Origin: Gemmata obscuriglobus
Lineage (GTDB): Bacteria; Planctomycetota; Planctomycetia; Gemmatales; Gemmataceae
Assembly: GCF_008065095.1 (NCBI RefSeq)
Contig: NZ_CP042911.1
Span: 3,030,001 to 3,062,000, forward strand
Length of the DNA: 32,000 bases
Direction of reading: 5' to 3'
Positions 16,824 to 25,070 of this stretch are shown here, piece by piece. Each line of letters starts with the position of its first letter. Position 1 is the stretch's first letter. A program made the position numbers and the translations under genes. The notes below the pieces were generated by a model. That model was not told the DNA's origin, made no database searches, and worked only from the letters and a program-made list of their open reading frames with translations.

Positions 16824-18566
16824 ATGGGTTTCGCCATGCACGGGCGCAACGGGCACCGGTCCGCTGGCGCTATGGATCTGTACGAGATCCCTGAGCAGAC
16901 GGCGCTCGGACTCGGCGACAAAGCGATGCTGTACCGCAACGGTCGGTTAGTGGGTTATGTCGACCACGCGGGCGTGCTCCGACTCGGCCGGGGGCAGAAC
17001 CTGGCGGGCGTGCAGCTTCGCCGTCCGCACCCGCGCTTGAAAGAGGGTGAGGGGATGTCTTTCACGGTCCCCTGGACCGTGACCGCCGCGATGAAGGAAC
17101 GCGGCCTTCTTAACGACCCGCACACAGCGTTCTCGTACTTGGAACGTAACGCGATCCGGGCGATGCGCGAACAGAACTGGTACGCCTACGGCCGCACGAC
17201 CGAGTTCCGCAAAGTCAACGTCAACGGCCAGCCCAAGGTGCAACGGGTCACCCGGAAGGTGAAGGTTGACCTGTACCACTTGGTCTATCGCGGCTTTCGC
17301 ACCCGTGCCGGCGAGGTGTCACCTCAGATTAGCGCGTACGCGCTCAACATGGGGCAGGCGGCCAACGGCAAGCACTACGCACTCGACTGGAAGGGGCTCT
17401 ACAACGCGCAGCAACAGGTCAAGGCCGTCTGGCACCTGGGGCTCGCCTACGACCTCGGGCAAAAGGCCGGCATCAAGTGCGTCCCAAAGGGGCACTCGAT
17501 GCGTGCCCTGGGTATCGACCAGAAGGTGAAGCCCAAGCGCACGCGCCAGGTGCGTAAGCGACTCAAGCAGATGAAGGCTCGGGGGCCTCGAGCGCGCGAC
17601 CGTGCGGCCCGCGAGACCCGGGCGCCCAAGCCGGACGTTTCGTGGGGTCAGGCCGTCAAGAACACGGTCTATCAACTCCGCAGCGCGGTCGAACGCAAAA
17701 TTACTCGGCTCTCCAAATCGCGCCAGCGGCGGTTCGCACGGCAGTGCGTGCGCGCGGCGGTCCGGTTCTGCAGTGACGGCAACCTGCGGTTCAGCACCCG
17801 CGACGTGAAGGCGGCAGCAGCCCACATGGCACTGCCCCACGTGCGGCCGGGCGTGTTCGTGCGTGCGTTCCGTCAGGAGATGGCCCGCATAGAGCACTTG
17901 GGCGTGACCAAGGTGCGCGACCTCGGCGGCGGGCAGGCGGAGTTTACTGGGGCCGTGCAGGCTCAGTCGGAGCGCCGGGCCGTCGAGACGCTCGCGGCCG
18001 GCACCTACCGAACGCACGGCAAGCTCTCCTCCAAACAGGTGGCCCGGGCACTGGCGGGCCGTGGGCACGACGCCCGTGAGTTGCGGCGGGTGCAGTCACT
18101 TGTAGGCTCGGGCGGGGTCACGATCGATTCCACCGGCCTGACCAAGAGTCACGAAACGCGGGCGGCAGTGATCGGGGCCTACGAAGGCAATGGACGCAAG
18201 GTCTACCGCATCGACCGCACCGGCAGCGACGGGTCTTTCACTCCCAAGGAATTCGTGGCGGCGGCCACGCGCACCCCGCACATGGTGGCGCTCTGGCGTG
18301 GGCTGCGCACGCGCGGGTCGCTCATGGAAAAGCTCGGCGTGGCCGAGCACATCCGCCGCGCGAGTCAAGGTGGGCCGAAGAAAGGATCGCTCGTAATTGC
18401 CGATGTTCGCGTGACCGACTCCGCAGAGATCGCCCGGATCACCAAGCTGGTGAGCAAGGCAAAGGGGCACTTGCTGCTGGTAGGCGAGGGGGCCAAGGAA
18501 CTGGCTCCTCTGGTGGAACAACAGCGCCAGCAGCTCAACCAACAGAGAAAGGGGCCACGGCGATGA
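16824..18566 (+). CDS. TrwC/MobF-relaxase-related protein with substituted catalytic motifs (function uncertain)
   Basis: ATG 16824 after GGAGG. The segment YHLVYRGFRTRAGEVSPQISAYALNMGQAANGKHYALDWKGLY...LGLAYDL parallels the TrwC motif-III region (H.TSR..DPQLHTH..v.N....GK...L) but has SAY in place of HTH. The C-terminus LVIADVRVTDSAEIARITKLVSKAKGHLLLVGEG resembles a degenerate helicase Walker-B/GD block. There is also a long basic Lys/Arg-rich linker. Confidence 0.4.
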   Translation: MGFAMHGRNGHRSAGAMDLYEIPEQTALGLGDKAMLYRNGRLVGYVDHAGVLRLGRGQNLAGVQLRRPHPRLKEGEGMSFTVPWTVTAAMKERGLLNDPHTAFSYLERNAIRAMREQNWYAYGRTTEFRKVNVNGQPKVQRVTRKVKVDLYHLVYRGFRTRAGEVSPQISAYALNMGQAANGKHYALDWKGLYNAQQQVKAVWHLGLAYDLGQKAGIKCVPKGHSMRALGIDQKVKPKRTRQVRKRLKQMKARGPRARDRAARETRAPKPDVSWGQAVKNTVYQLRSAVERKITRLSKSRQRRFARQCVRAAVRFCSDGNLRFSTRDVKAAAAHMALPHVRPGVFVRAFRQEMARIEHLGVTKVRDLGGGQAEFTGAVQAQSERRAVETLAAGTYRTHGKLSSKQVARALAGRGHDARELRRVQSLVGSGGVTIDSTGLTKSHETRAAVIGAYEGNGRKVYRIDRTGSDGSFTPKEFVAAATRTPHMVALWRGLRTRGSLMEKLGVAEHIRRASQGGPKKGSLVIADVRVTDSAEIARITKLVSKAKGHLLLVGEGAKELAPLVEQQRQQLNQQRKGPRR

Positions 18567-18943
18567 ATGCCTTCTTCAGCGGATACCTGCGCATCCTGGG
18601 TGCGTTCCACGCCGGGGTCGCTATGTACGTGGTGCCGCACGGAAACTCCCATGCGTTTCTGATCGCACTGATAACGGGTGCGGTGGTCTTCTGGCGCAAC
18701 TGCGACCTGGACGAGAACGAAAGCCTGCGCGTGCAGTTCGTGCTCGCGTATCTCGTGCCCCAGGGCCTTATTGCCCTCCTGTTTTTGTTCTTCGCCGCGC
18801 CGTCGTCGTGGGAAGCGGCCCTCTCGCTTGTACTCGGAATGCATGACGAAGCTTGGACCCGCACACCGGGCATGGTTTACCTGCTCGCCTCCGCGTACGG
18901 CTCCTACCGCGCGCACGTCGCACAACAGAGTCAATCATTTTAA
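18563..18943 (+). CDS. Small polytopic membrane protein
   Basis: ATGA overlap with the preceding gene. Several hydrophobic helices (e.g. AFLIALITGAVVFW, GLIALLFLFFAAP). Confidence 0.6.
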   Translation: MNAFFSGYLRILGAFHAGVAMYVVPHGNSHAFLIALITGAVVFWRNCDLDENESLRVQFVLAYLVPQGLIALLFLFFAAPSSWEAALSLVLGMHDEAWTRTPGMVYLLASAYGSYRAHVAQQSQSF

Positions 18944-18972
18944 GCCCCCGGACACGTTAACTGGAAACCACT

Positions 18973-19143
18973 GTGGACACCGAGAGACTTGTGGTGATCG
19001 CTTTGTTTTTGTGGCTGACCTTCTCGCGCTGCGAGCGGTTCATGCACTGGCGTGGCCCGACTGTGGCCTCGCGCGACGAGGCCCAGAACGAGCACCGTTG
19101 GCAGTTCCGCAGGCCAAAAAAACGGGGGGACGATGACGACTAG
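18973..19143 (+). CDS. Small single-TM protein (56 aa), not in the supplied ORF track
   Basis: Hand translation from GTG 18973: VDTERLVVIALFLWLTFSRCERFMHWRGPTVASRDEAQNEHRWQFRRPKKRGDDDD*. Codon third positions are strongly GC-rich. The stop overlaps the T4CP ATG region by 11 nt. Confidence 0.4.
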   Translation: MDTERLVVIALFLWLTFSRCERFMHWRGPTVASRDEAQNEHRWQFRRPKKRGDDDD

Positions 19144-20497
19144 CGACCAGGTCTGGTGCGGCATCTGGCTAGACATGGAGGTGCTGCGGCATGGAATCCG
19201 TTTCATCGGCTCGCCCGGCAGCGGCAAGAGCGTCATGCTTAAAGCTCTCCGCGCAACGCTTGCCACTATAATCAAAAATAGACCAGATTATGACATCCTT
19301 GCCGTTGACTTCGATGGGGGCAAGCGCGATCTGTATGAGATCTTTCGCTTATTTCCCCAGTGGGCCCCGGTCTTCGACTTGAACCCGTTTCTGTGGGGCG
19401 ACCGCTACGACTTCATGGGCGACCTTGAGGACCCGCGCGACATCGCCCAGATGGCGGCCAACATCATTGAGGTGCGGGAGAAGGACAGCCAGCCGTACTT
19501 CCCTCAGGCCGCACAGCATGTGTTCCGAGCCGCGATGCTGCGTCACTGGTTGGTGACGCCGGGCCGCGCAACAACTCGTGACGTGTTCCTGTCGGGGATG
19601 TCGGCGAACAACATCCGCCGGGTCATCGGGAGCCATCCGCAGAGCCGCCACGCTTTACCGCTGGTGAACCGAACCGAGTCAGGTCTTTCGGTGATCTCGA
19701 CGCTGATGAACGAGGTGGGCAAATACGAGTACGTGGCGTCTCTGTGGGACTCAAACGACCGAGGGCGAACCGTGACAATCCGCTCGTTCCTCAAGCAGCG
19801 GTTCGCGCTCCTGTCACTGCCCTACGATGACAAGTCGGTTGCCACACTCGCTGCGGTCGTCCGCTACCTGCTCGTAGTGCTCCAGCAACGGGCCCTGAGT
19901 ACCGTTGTGCGCAACCGGTATCTCCTGTTGCTCCTCGACGAATTGGCCCTCCTCCCAGGGGGGATCAACCTGGACCTCACGCTCGTGAAAGGCAGAGAGA
20001 CGGGTATTTGCCCGTTGTTCGCGTACCAGAGCCATTCCCACTGCCGGACCGTTCACGGCAAGGAAAAATTCGACGCGATGACTGGGTTGATGAAGACCAC
20101 GATCGTGCTCAACCAGCCGTCGCGGGAAGACGCCGAGTATTGCGCGAAGGTCTTCTCGGACCAACAGGGCTTCATGAAGTTCAACTCCGCCCAGGGGGGC
20201 AAGAACCCGAGCACGGGTTGGTCCGAGCAGCTCACTACGGTGGAGAACGTGACGGCGGCCATGATCCAGTCGCTCCCCGTGCCGACCCCGGCGACCCCGT
20301 TCATCGAAGGGTTCATGGTGACGCTCCCGTTTCGCCCGTTCCGGTTCCGGGTCCGCATCCCGGACCTGCTCAAGGCGCTGGTTCCTACAGTCGCGCCCCA
20401 GGCCCCGCCGGCCCCGCGCGACCCGAAAGACTTCTTGCTTCGGCCCTGGTCCGAGGACGACTACAAGCGCCTAGGCTTGCCGCGCCCCCGGAACTGA
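19133..20497 (+). CDS. Type IV secretion coupling protein (TraD/TraG/VirD4-like ATPase), soluble domain only
   Basis: Walker A IRFIGSPGSGKSV, Walker B YLLLLLDELALLPG, and the T4CP-like block LFAYQSHSHCRTVHGKEKFDAMTGLMKTTIVLNQPSREDAEYCAKVF. ATG 19133 is more likely than the upstream 19052 start. There is no N-terminal TM segment. Confidence 0.7.
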   Translation: MTTSDQVWCGIWLDMEVLRHGIRFIGSPGSGKSVMLKALRATLATIIKNRPDYDILAVDFDGGKRDLYEIFRLFPQWAPVFDLNPFLWGDRYDFMGDLEDPRDIAQMAANIIEVREKDSQPYFPQAAQHVFRAAMLRHWLVTPGRATTRDVFLSGMSANNIRRVIGSHPQSRHALPLVNRTESGLSVISTLMNEVGKYEYVASLWDSNDRGRTVTIRSFLKQRFALLSLPYDDKSVATLAAVVRYLLVVLQQRALSTVVRNRYLLLLLDELALLPGGINLDLTLVKGRETGICPLFAYQSHSHCRTVHGKEKFDAMTGLMKTTIVLNQPSREDAEYCAKVFSDQQGFMKFNSAQGGKNPSTGWSEQLTTVENVTAAMIQSLPVPTPATPFIEGFMVTLPFRPFRFRVRIPDLLKALVPTVAPQAPPAPRDPKDFLLRPWSEDDYKRLGLPRPRN

Positions 20498-20542
20498 TAG
20501 GCGGTGTCCCTTCGACTCGTTCCACAGAGGTGCCCAGTGAAG

Positions 20543-21358
20543 ATGAAGGCCATGTTGGTGATCGCCGCTGTTGGAGCTGGCGCGGTCGGTATTTTTGTCG
20601 CGCGGGGTTTCGTGCCTGAACGCACGGCGGCCGCAGCTGAGTCCGGAGCTAAGAAATCGCCCCCGCCGACCAAAGGCGAGGTGCTCAAGGACGACATCGA
20701 GTCGCTCGACGCGAAGGTCCAGAGCGGCCTCGAGGAACTGGCCCGGTCCACTGCCGAGTTCGCAGCCGAACGCCAGAAGTGGGACGCCATGGACCGCTCG
20801 GTCGCCAGCGCCAGAACGGTGAACGCAGCTCTCCTGGCCCGCAACAAAGAGGTCGTGGCTCTTTACGAGACCAAGTTGAGCGGCCACCTCGACACGTTCC
20901 GGCAGCGGTTGGGTGACGCCCCGGCCGTCTTCCGGGAGATGATTGAGGAACGGCGCCGGCTGTTGGCGGCAGCTACGCTTGATGTGGAGAAAAGTAACTA
21001 CACCGCCATGATCGAAACGTGCGAGGCGGCCGCCGCCCTGTGCGAGCGCCGCAGCCAGGAGCTGTTCGGCGAGGTCAAGGCGGGCGAAGGAAGCAGCGAG
21101 CGGTCGCAGCGCGCGAACGCTACTAACCTGCGGCGCACGATCGAGAACATGAAGAAGCTGCAGGCGATGCATCAAAAGTGGGACGAAACGTTCAACTCGT
21201 ACCCGTCCGCGCTCGACAGCCCGAGCCTTGCGAACTGGTTCACAACGCTGTCGCTCTACAGCGAAGATCTGGCCGCGTTTAGCAAGAGTGTCGACAAGCT
21301 GAAGGAGGTGATGAAGCAGAAGACGCTCCCAGCGCCTAAGGCGAACAAAGAAGACTGA
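20543..21358 (+). CDS. N-terminally membrane-anchored coiled-coil protein
   Basis: MKAMLVIAAVGAGAVGIFVARG is followed by long heptad-like helical sequence. Alternative starts are GTG 20504 and 20537. Confidence 0.6.
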   Translation: MKAMLVIAAVGAGAVGIFVARGFVPERTAAAAESGAKKSPPPTKGEVLKDDIESLDAKVQSGLEELARSTAEFAAERQKWDAMDRSVASARTVNAALLARNKEVVALYETKLSGHLDTFRQRLGDAPAVFREMIEERRRLLAAATLDVEKSNYTAMIETCEAAAALCERRSQELFGEVKAGEGSSERSQRANATNLRRTIENMKKLQAMHQKWDETFNSYPSALDSPSLANWFTTLSLYSEDLAAFSKSVDKLKEVMKQKTLPAPKANKED

Positions 21359-21456
21359 GGCGATACGCAGCTGTCATTTAACTTGCCAGCATATCGATTA
21401 TTTATCCAACTTAAGATCGAGCAATAGCGCGTCACTTGCGAAAATGATCCGAACAT

Positions 21457-21490
21457 GCGGGCGGGGCTTAAGACACCTCGCCCGCTTTTC
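21457..21490 (+). terminator. Rho-independent terminator
   Basis: GCGGGCGGGG (21457-21466) / CCTCGCCCGC (21476-21485) with one G-U pair, followed by TTTT. Confidence 0.55.
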
Positions 21491-21507
21491 GTTGAGGAGA
21501 AGCATCC

Positions 21508-21702
21508 GTGGGCGAAAAACGGCTGATCAACGATACGGCGCGCGAGACGGCCAAAAAAATCGTTCAGGTGTTCGCGCCCCTCTTGCGCGACGAGGAGTTA
21601 CGAGACGCGTTCGAGGAGGTCCTCATCCACACGACCGCAGGCCTCGAGCGGTTCACAGCTTTGAGTGAACGGGAGCGTCTACGGCTTCACGATGGCACCT
21701 GA
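21508..21702 (+). CDS. Small hypothetical protein (64 aa)
   Basis: GTG start with GAGGAG ~9 nt upstream. The sequence is helical and charged. No family recognised. Confidence 0.4.
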   Translation: MGEKRLINDTARETAKKIVQVFAPLLRDEELRDAFEEVLIHTTAGLERFTALSERERLRLHDGT

Positions 21703-21761
21703 TCGCGACTGGATCTTCACTCGCTTGACGCCACAAACCGGAACACCGAGGGCCCTCCCCA

Positions 21762-22364
21762 ATGCCTAATGCCTCGTCCGACGATTCGCTGCCAAGTGGC
21801 TTTGTCGTTGACCGACTCGACGTCCTGGTGAATCGTGGGTCGAAATTCGGCTGCATCTACGCCGACGTGCCATGGCGTTACGACCGCGCACCACGCGGTG
21901 CAACGCCCTATCGAACGATGAGCCTTGAGGAGATCGCTGCGCTGCCGGTGCCGGCACTGACGCTGCCGAACGCGCATTTACACTTCTGGGCGACGCACTC
22001 GTTCCTCTTTGAGGCCCGAGACATCCTGACCGCTTGGGGCTTTGAGTACCGAGGGGTTTTCGTATGGGCTAAGCCCCAGCTCGGAACCGGCTACTATTGG
22101 AGAAGCTCGGTTGAGTTTTTGGTACTTGGAGTGCGCGGCAAATGCACGTTCCGCGATCGTTCGATCCGAAACTGGCTAATCCATGACCGGGCTGACCACA
22201 GCCGCAAACCGGAAGCCGTTCGGCGCCTGATTCACAGGGTGAGTCCGGGACCGTACCTTGAGCTCTTCGGGAGGAGAGCTATTTCCGGATGGACGATTTT
22301 TGGGGATCAGGTCGATTGCGCCAATTTGTTCGACGATGACATCGTTATTCTTAAGGAGGAGTGA
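21762..22364 (+). CDS. MT-A70-family N6-adenine DNA methyltransferase (orphan)
   Basis: CIYADVPWRY (DPPW-type motif), YRTMSLEEIAALPV, LHFWATHSFL, AWGFEY...VWAK, HSRKPEAVRRLI, PYLELFGRR..SGWTIFGDQ. Confidence 0.85.
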   Translation: MPNASSDDSLPSGFVVDRLDVLVNRGSKFGCIYADVPWRYDRAPRGATPYRTMSLEEIAALPVPALTLPNAHLHFWATHSFLFEARDILTAWGFEYRGVFVWAKPQLGTGYYWRSSVEFLVLGVRGKCTFRDRSIRNWLIHDRADHSRKPEAVRRLIHRVSPGPYLELFGRRAISGWTIFGDQVDCANLFDDDIVILKEE

Positions 22365-22419
22365 CGCTCTTTGCCACGAATGCCTCGGGCGTTTTTTCAT
22401 TCCCAATCGGGTCACGTAC

Positions 22420-22644
22420 ATGCACTCTGTTAAAACTGCTGCAAAGGAACTGGGCGTGTCCCCGTCACTGATTTATCGATTGTGCAACGCGGGAAAGCTG
22501 AAGCACGAGCGATTCGGCCTCGGGCGCGGCACGATCCGCATCGCCCCTGAGGCGATAACGGAGTACCGGCAACGCTCGTCTGTTCCGCAAATTGATCGCA
22601 CGTGGGCGACTCGACGTTCGCAATCGAAGCACCTGAAACTCTAG
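22420..22644 (+). CDS. Excisionase/MerR-like helix-turn-helix DNA-binding protein
   Basis: MHSVKTAAKELGVSPSLIYRLCNAGKLKHERFGLGRGTIRIAPEAITEY matches the excisionase-family HTH pattern. The internal ATG at 22420 was chosen over the long ORF-track start, which overlaps the methylase gene. Confidence 0.7.
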   Translation: MHSVKTAAKELGVSPSLIYRLCNAGKLKHERFGLGRGTIRIAPEAITEYRQRSSVPQIDRTWATRRSQSKHLKL

Positions 22645-22894
22645 ATAGTCAGCTTAAATTAGCTGGTATCTACCGCAGCGAGGATGGTACTCATTAAGTT
22701 GATTCCGTACTCGCTGAGGTACGAGCGATCAGGAACCCGGAGAAATTGGCGGCGACGCATTTATGCTGGTGTCAAATTCTGCTGGGCTCGGGAACATGTG
22801 TGGCCTAAAGCTTCACGATTGGTCACAAGTAGCATAACTGCTCCGATGACTTATTTACCCCTAGATGAGGGGTAATAGATTCGGAGAACTGGAT

Positions 22895-23485
22895 ATGCTA
22901 GCAGACAAAGTCAACCAAAACCAAGGCGGGAGAGAGCCGCAAGATCGAAGTACAACCTCATCGCAAAGAGTTACTACTGAGCAAGGCGGATTAGGCGATC
23001 TTAGTAAACCATCACCGCTGAATGCGTTCATCGAACGCCTTCGGTCCCCTGAGGTGGCTGCCTTGTGCGCCCGGCTAGATGCCGAGGTCTCGGCTCCCGG
23101 CTACGTCCCGCCACCGTCTCCGGAATGGCTTCCGGACCCGTTCGGGAACGACCCGTTCGGAGGCGACTTTGTCTGGGCGGAGCCAAAAGGCCTAGACGCA
23201 ACGACCAACAGCAGTGAGCCTCAAGGCCGAGATGCAGGACCGGCGCAAGAAAGTACTACCGAGCAAGGTGGATTCGATGGTCTCAGTCAGCCATCACGGC
23301 TCGCTGCATTTGAGGAGCACCTTCGGTCGCCTGAGGTGGCTGCTCTGTGCGCCAGGTTAGATGCTGAGGCTTCGGCTCCCGGCTACGTCCCGCCCACGTC
23401 GCCGGAACGGCTGTCGGACCCGTCCGGCTCCCACTTTGACCGGGCGGAGTTAAAAGATCCAGACGCAACGACCAGCAAAAAGTAG
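22895..23485 (+). CDS. Soluble protein made of two tandem copies of a ~94-aa unit, each containing the shared LRSPEVAALCARLDAE.SAPGYVPP module
   Basis: The internal repeat has a 282-nt period (TTEQGG at aa 37 and aa 131 of the 22865 frame). ATG 22895 has GGAGA 7 nt upstream; the alternative ATG is at 22865. Confidence 0.6.
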   Translation: MLADKVNQNQGGREPQDRSTTSSQRVTTEQGGLGDLSKPSPLNAFIERLRSPEVAALCARLDAEVSAPGYVPPPSPEWLPDPFGNDPFGGDFVWAEPKGLDATTNSSEPQGRDAGPAQESTTEQGGFDGLSQPSRLAAFEEHLRSPEVAALCARLDAEASAPGYVPPTSPERLSDPSGSHFDRAELKDPDATTSKK

Positions 23486-23548
23486 AACAAGGTCGAACGA
23501 AGTTTCGGTCAGGCTTACTCGTCCGGCGACAGTAGCGGGAGTGTCAGA

Positions 23549-24259
23549 ATGGCTCGTTTTAGATCGGACATTGCGATCGATTGGATAAACGAAGGATATC
23601 GCCTTTTAGGCGATGCTAATATTAATGATTGTGAATATCAAAATGTAATTATTAGGCAACGAATTTTTAACTCAATAACCAATGCATATTGGCGGGCGGT
23701 GGTACGTTATGCTGGAACGGTCGAGCCGCCACTGCAAAGAGACAACGAGTTGCCCGAGCAGGCACTACTGCGCCTGCTCGGGCAAAACTCAGGAACGATC
23801 AGCCGATGGCTGAACGGAAGAACGCCGCCTCAAGCTGACAAGGTGCTCGGCAGCCTGGTCATCGTTCTCGTGAAAGAAATTGAAGACATTGACCTCCCGC
23901 CGATTCGTGAGATCGCCTGGCAAGCTGTCAGCCAGACAATGAATGTAATTCGTCAAGAGGATTTAGGTCGCGGTCCTCGAACGCTTTCAAGGCAGGAGTT
24001 CGCCTGCGTCCGATGGCTCGCGCGCCACGTGCAGTCGAGGGCATATGCGGAGGGACATTCACGGAATACTCAAAATCCCGAGTTAGAAGCGCAGGTTCTT
24101 ACCGACGTTTTCCATAAAGTCAGGCTTCGATTTCCAGAAGTCGCGGCCGGGCTCGTCCCGGTCGCTATCTCTGAATGGCTCCGACCCTACCTGTTATTTC
24201 GGGTCGGCCTACTTGGCGGCTGGAGAAGCCTCGAGGAGCACCCCGATGTCACGGCTTGA
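23549..24259 (+). CDS. XRE-like HTH protein with unassigned N- and C-terminal regions
   Basis: LPEQALLRLLGQNSGTISRWLNGRTPP resembles an XRE-type HTH. The 5' ~150 nt of the gene are conspicuously AT-rich. Confidence 0.55.
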   Translation: MARFRSDIAIDWINEGYRLLGDANINDCEYQNVIIRQRIFNSITNAYWRAVVRYAGTVEPPLQRDNELPEQALLRLLGQNSGTISRWLNGRTPPQADKVLGSLVIVLVKEIEDIDLPPIREIAWQAVSQTMNVIRQEDLGRGPRTLSRQEFACVRWLARHVQSRAYAEGHSRNTQNPELEAQVLTDVFHKVRLRFPEVAAGLVPVAISEWLRPYLLFRVGLLGGWRSLEEHPDVTA

Positions 24260-25007
24260 TGCGTTTGAGGAGCACCTTCGGTCGCCTGAGGTGGCCGCCC
24301 TGTGCGCCCGGCTGGATGCCGAGGTTTCGGCTCCCGGGTACGTCCCGCCCCCGTCTCCCGAATGGGAGGAAGACCCCTTCGGGCCAGACCCGTTCGGGCA
24401 AAACTGGGCCTGGGCGGAAGCGTCGGATCAGCAACCGCCTCCCCAAGCTGGAGATCCCGCACCGAGTATGCGCACGGAGTCTCGTCGGCCCGATCGAATT
24501 CGCTATCTGGCCTACGCAGGTGGCGCAGCGCTTGCGGCATCAATATTAATCGCCCTCGGCATTTTTGTCGGACAGCGTGGCCGAGACGACGGAGCACTCG
24601 AGGTTGCCCTCGCAGCGCGGGTAACGGCACAAGAAGACCCGACCCGTGGTCCCGGTACCGTAGCCGGCGTCGCCGTTACGAATCGGACTAGTCGGAAGAC
24701 ATATTTGACCATCGTGGGGCTGGCCGCTGACCGCCGCCCGGCCGTCCACTACCGCGAAGAGCAACAGTTCATCAGCGTTGCGCCAAGTGGCGACCGGGAA
24801 GTCAAAAACCTTCCTGCCGCCTTCGACGGGTGTCCGGTGGTGGTTGTCGTGTTGACGGGAACACCTGCCGGAGAAGTGGTGCGGGGGATGGCCACGGACC
24901 CGATTGCCCCGACCGACGCCGCGAAGTTCGGCGACGCATTGAAAACCAAACTCAGTGACGCGGGGTACACAGGAATCGCAGCCGAGATCGTGCGAATCAA
25001 GCCGTAG
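24246..25007 (+). CDS. Bitopic membrane protein: N-terminal shared module, one TM helix, C-terminal DUF4384-like beta-rich domain
   Basis: MSRLDAFEEHLRSPEVAALCARLDAEVSAPGYVPPPSPEW...DPFGPDPFG. TM helix YLAYAGGAALAASILIALGIFVG. The C-terminus ...KTYLTIVGLAADRRPAV...FISVAPSGDREVKNLP...VVVVVLTGTP resembles the DUF4384 pattern. The ATG overlaps the previous gene by 14 nt. Confidence 0.6.
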   Translation: MSRLDAFEEHLRSPEVAALCARLDAEVSAPGYVPPPSPEWEEDPFGPDPFGQNWAWAEASDQQPPPQAGDPAPSMRTESRRPDRIRYLAYAGGAALAASILIALGIFVGQRGRDDGALEVALAARVTAQEDPTRGPGTVAGVAVTNRTSRKTYLTIVGLAADRRPAVHYREEQQFISVAPSGDREVKNLPAAFDGCPVVVVVLTGTPAGEVVRGMATDPIAPTDAAKFGDALKTKLSDAGYTGIAAEIVRIKP

Positions 25008-25070
25008 TTCCTGTAAAATGCCCAAAGTATCGCATCAGCCAGCTGCGACCGATAGCTGAGGACCAGCCCC

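Noticed and set aside
22684-22875. 63-aa ORF in the AT-richer spacer before the module cassette
   Set aside because: It has poor coding character (Arg/Trp-rich) and no SD, and it overlaps the probable promoter region of the cassette.
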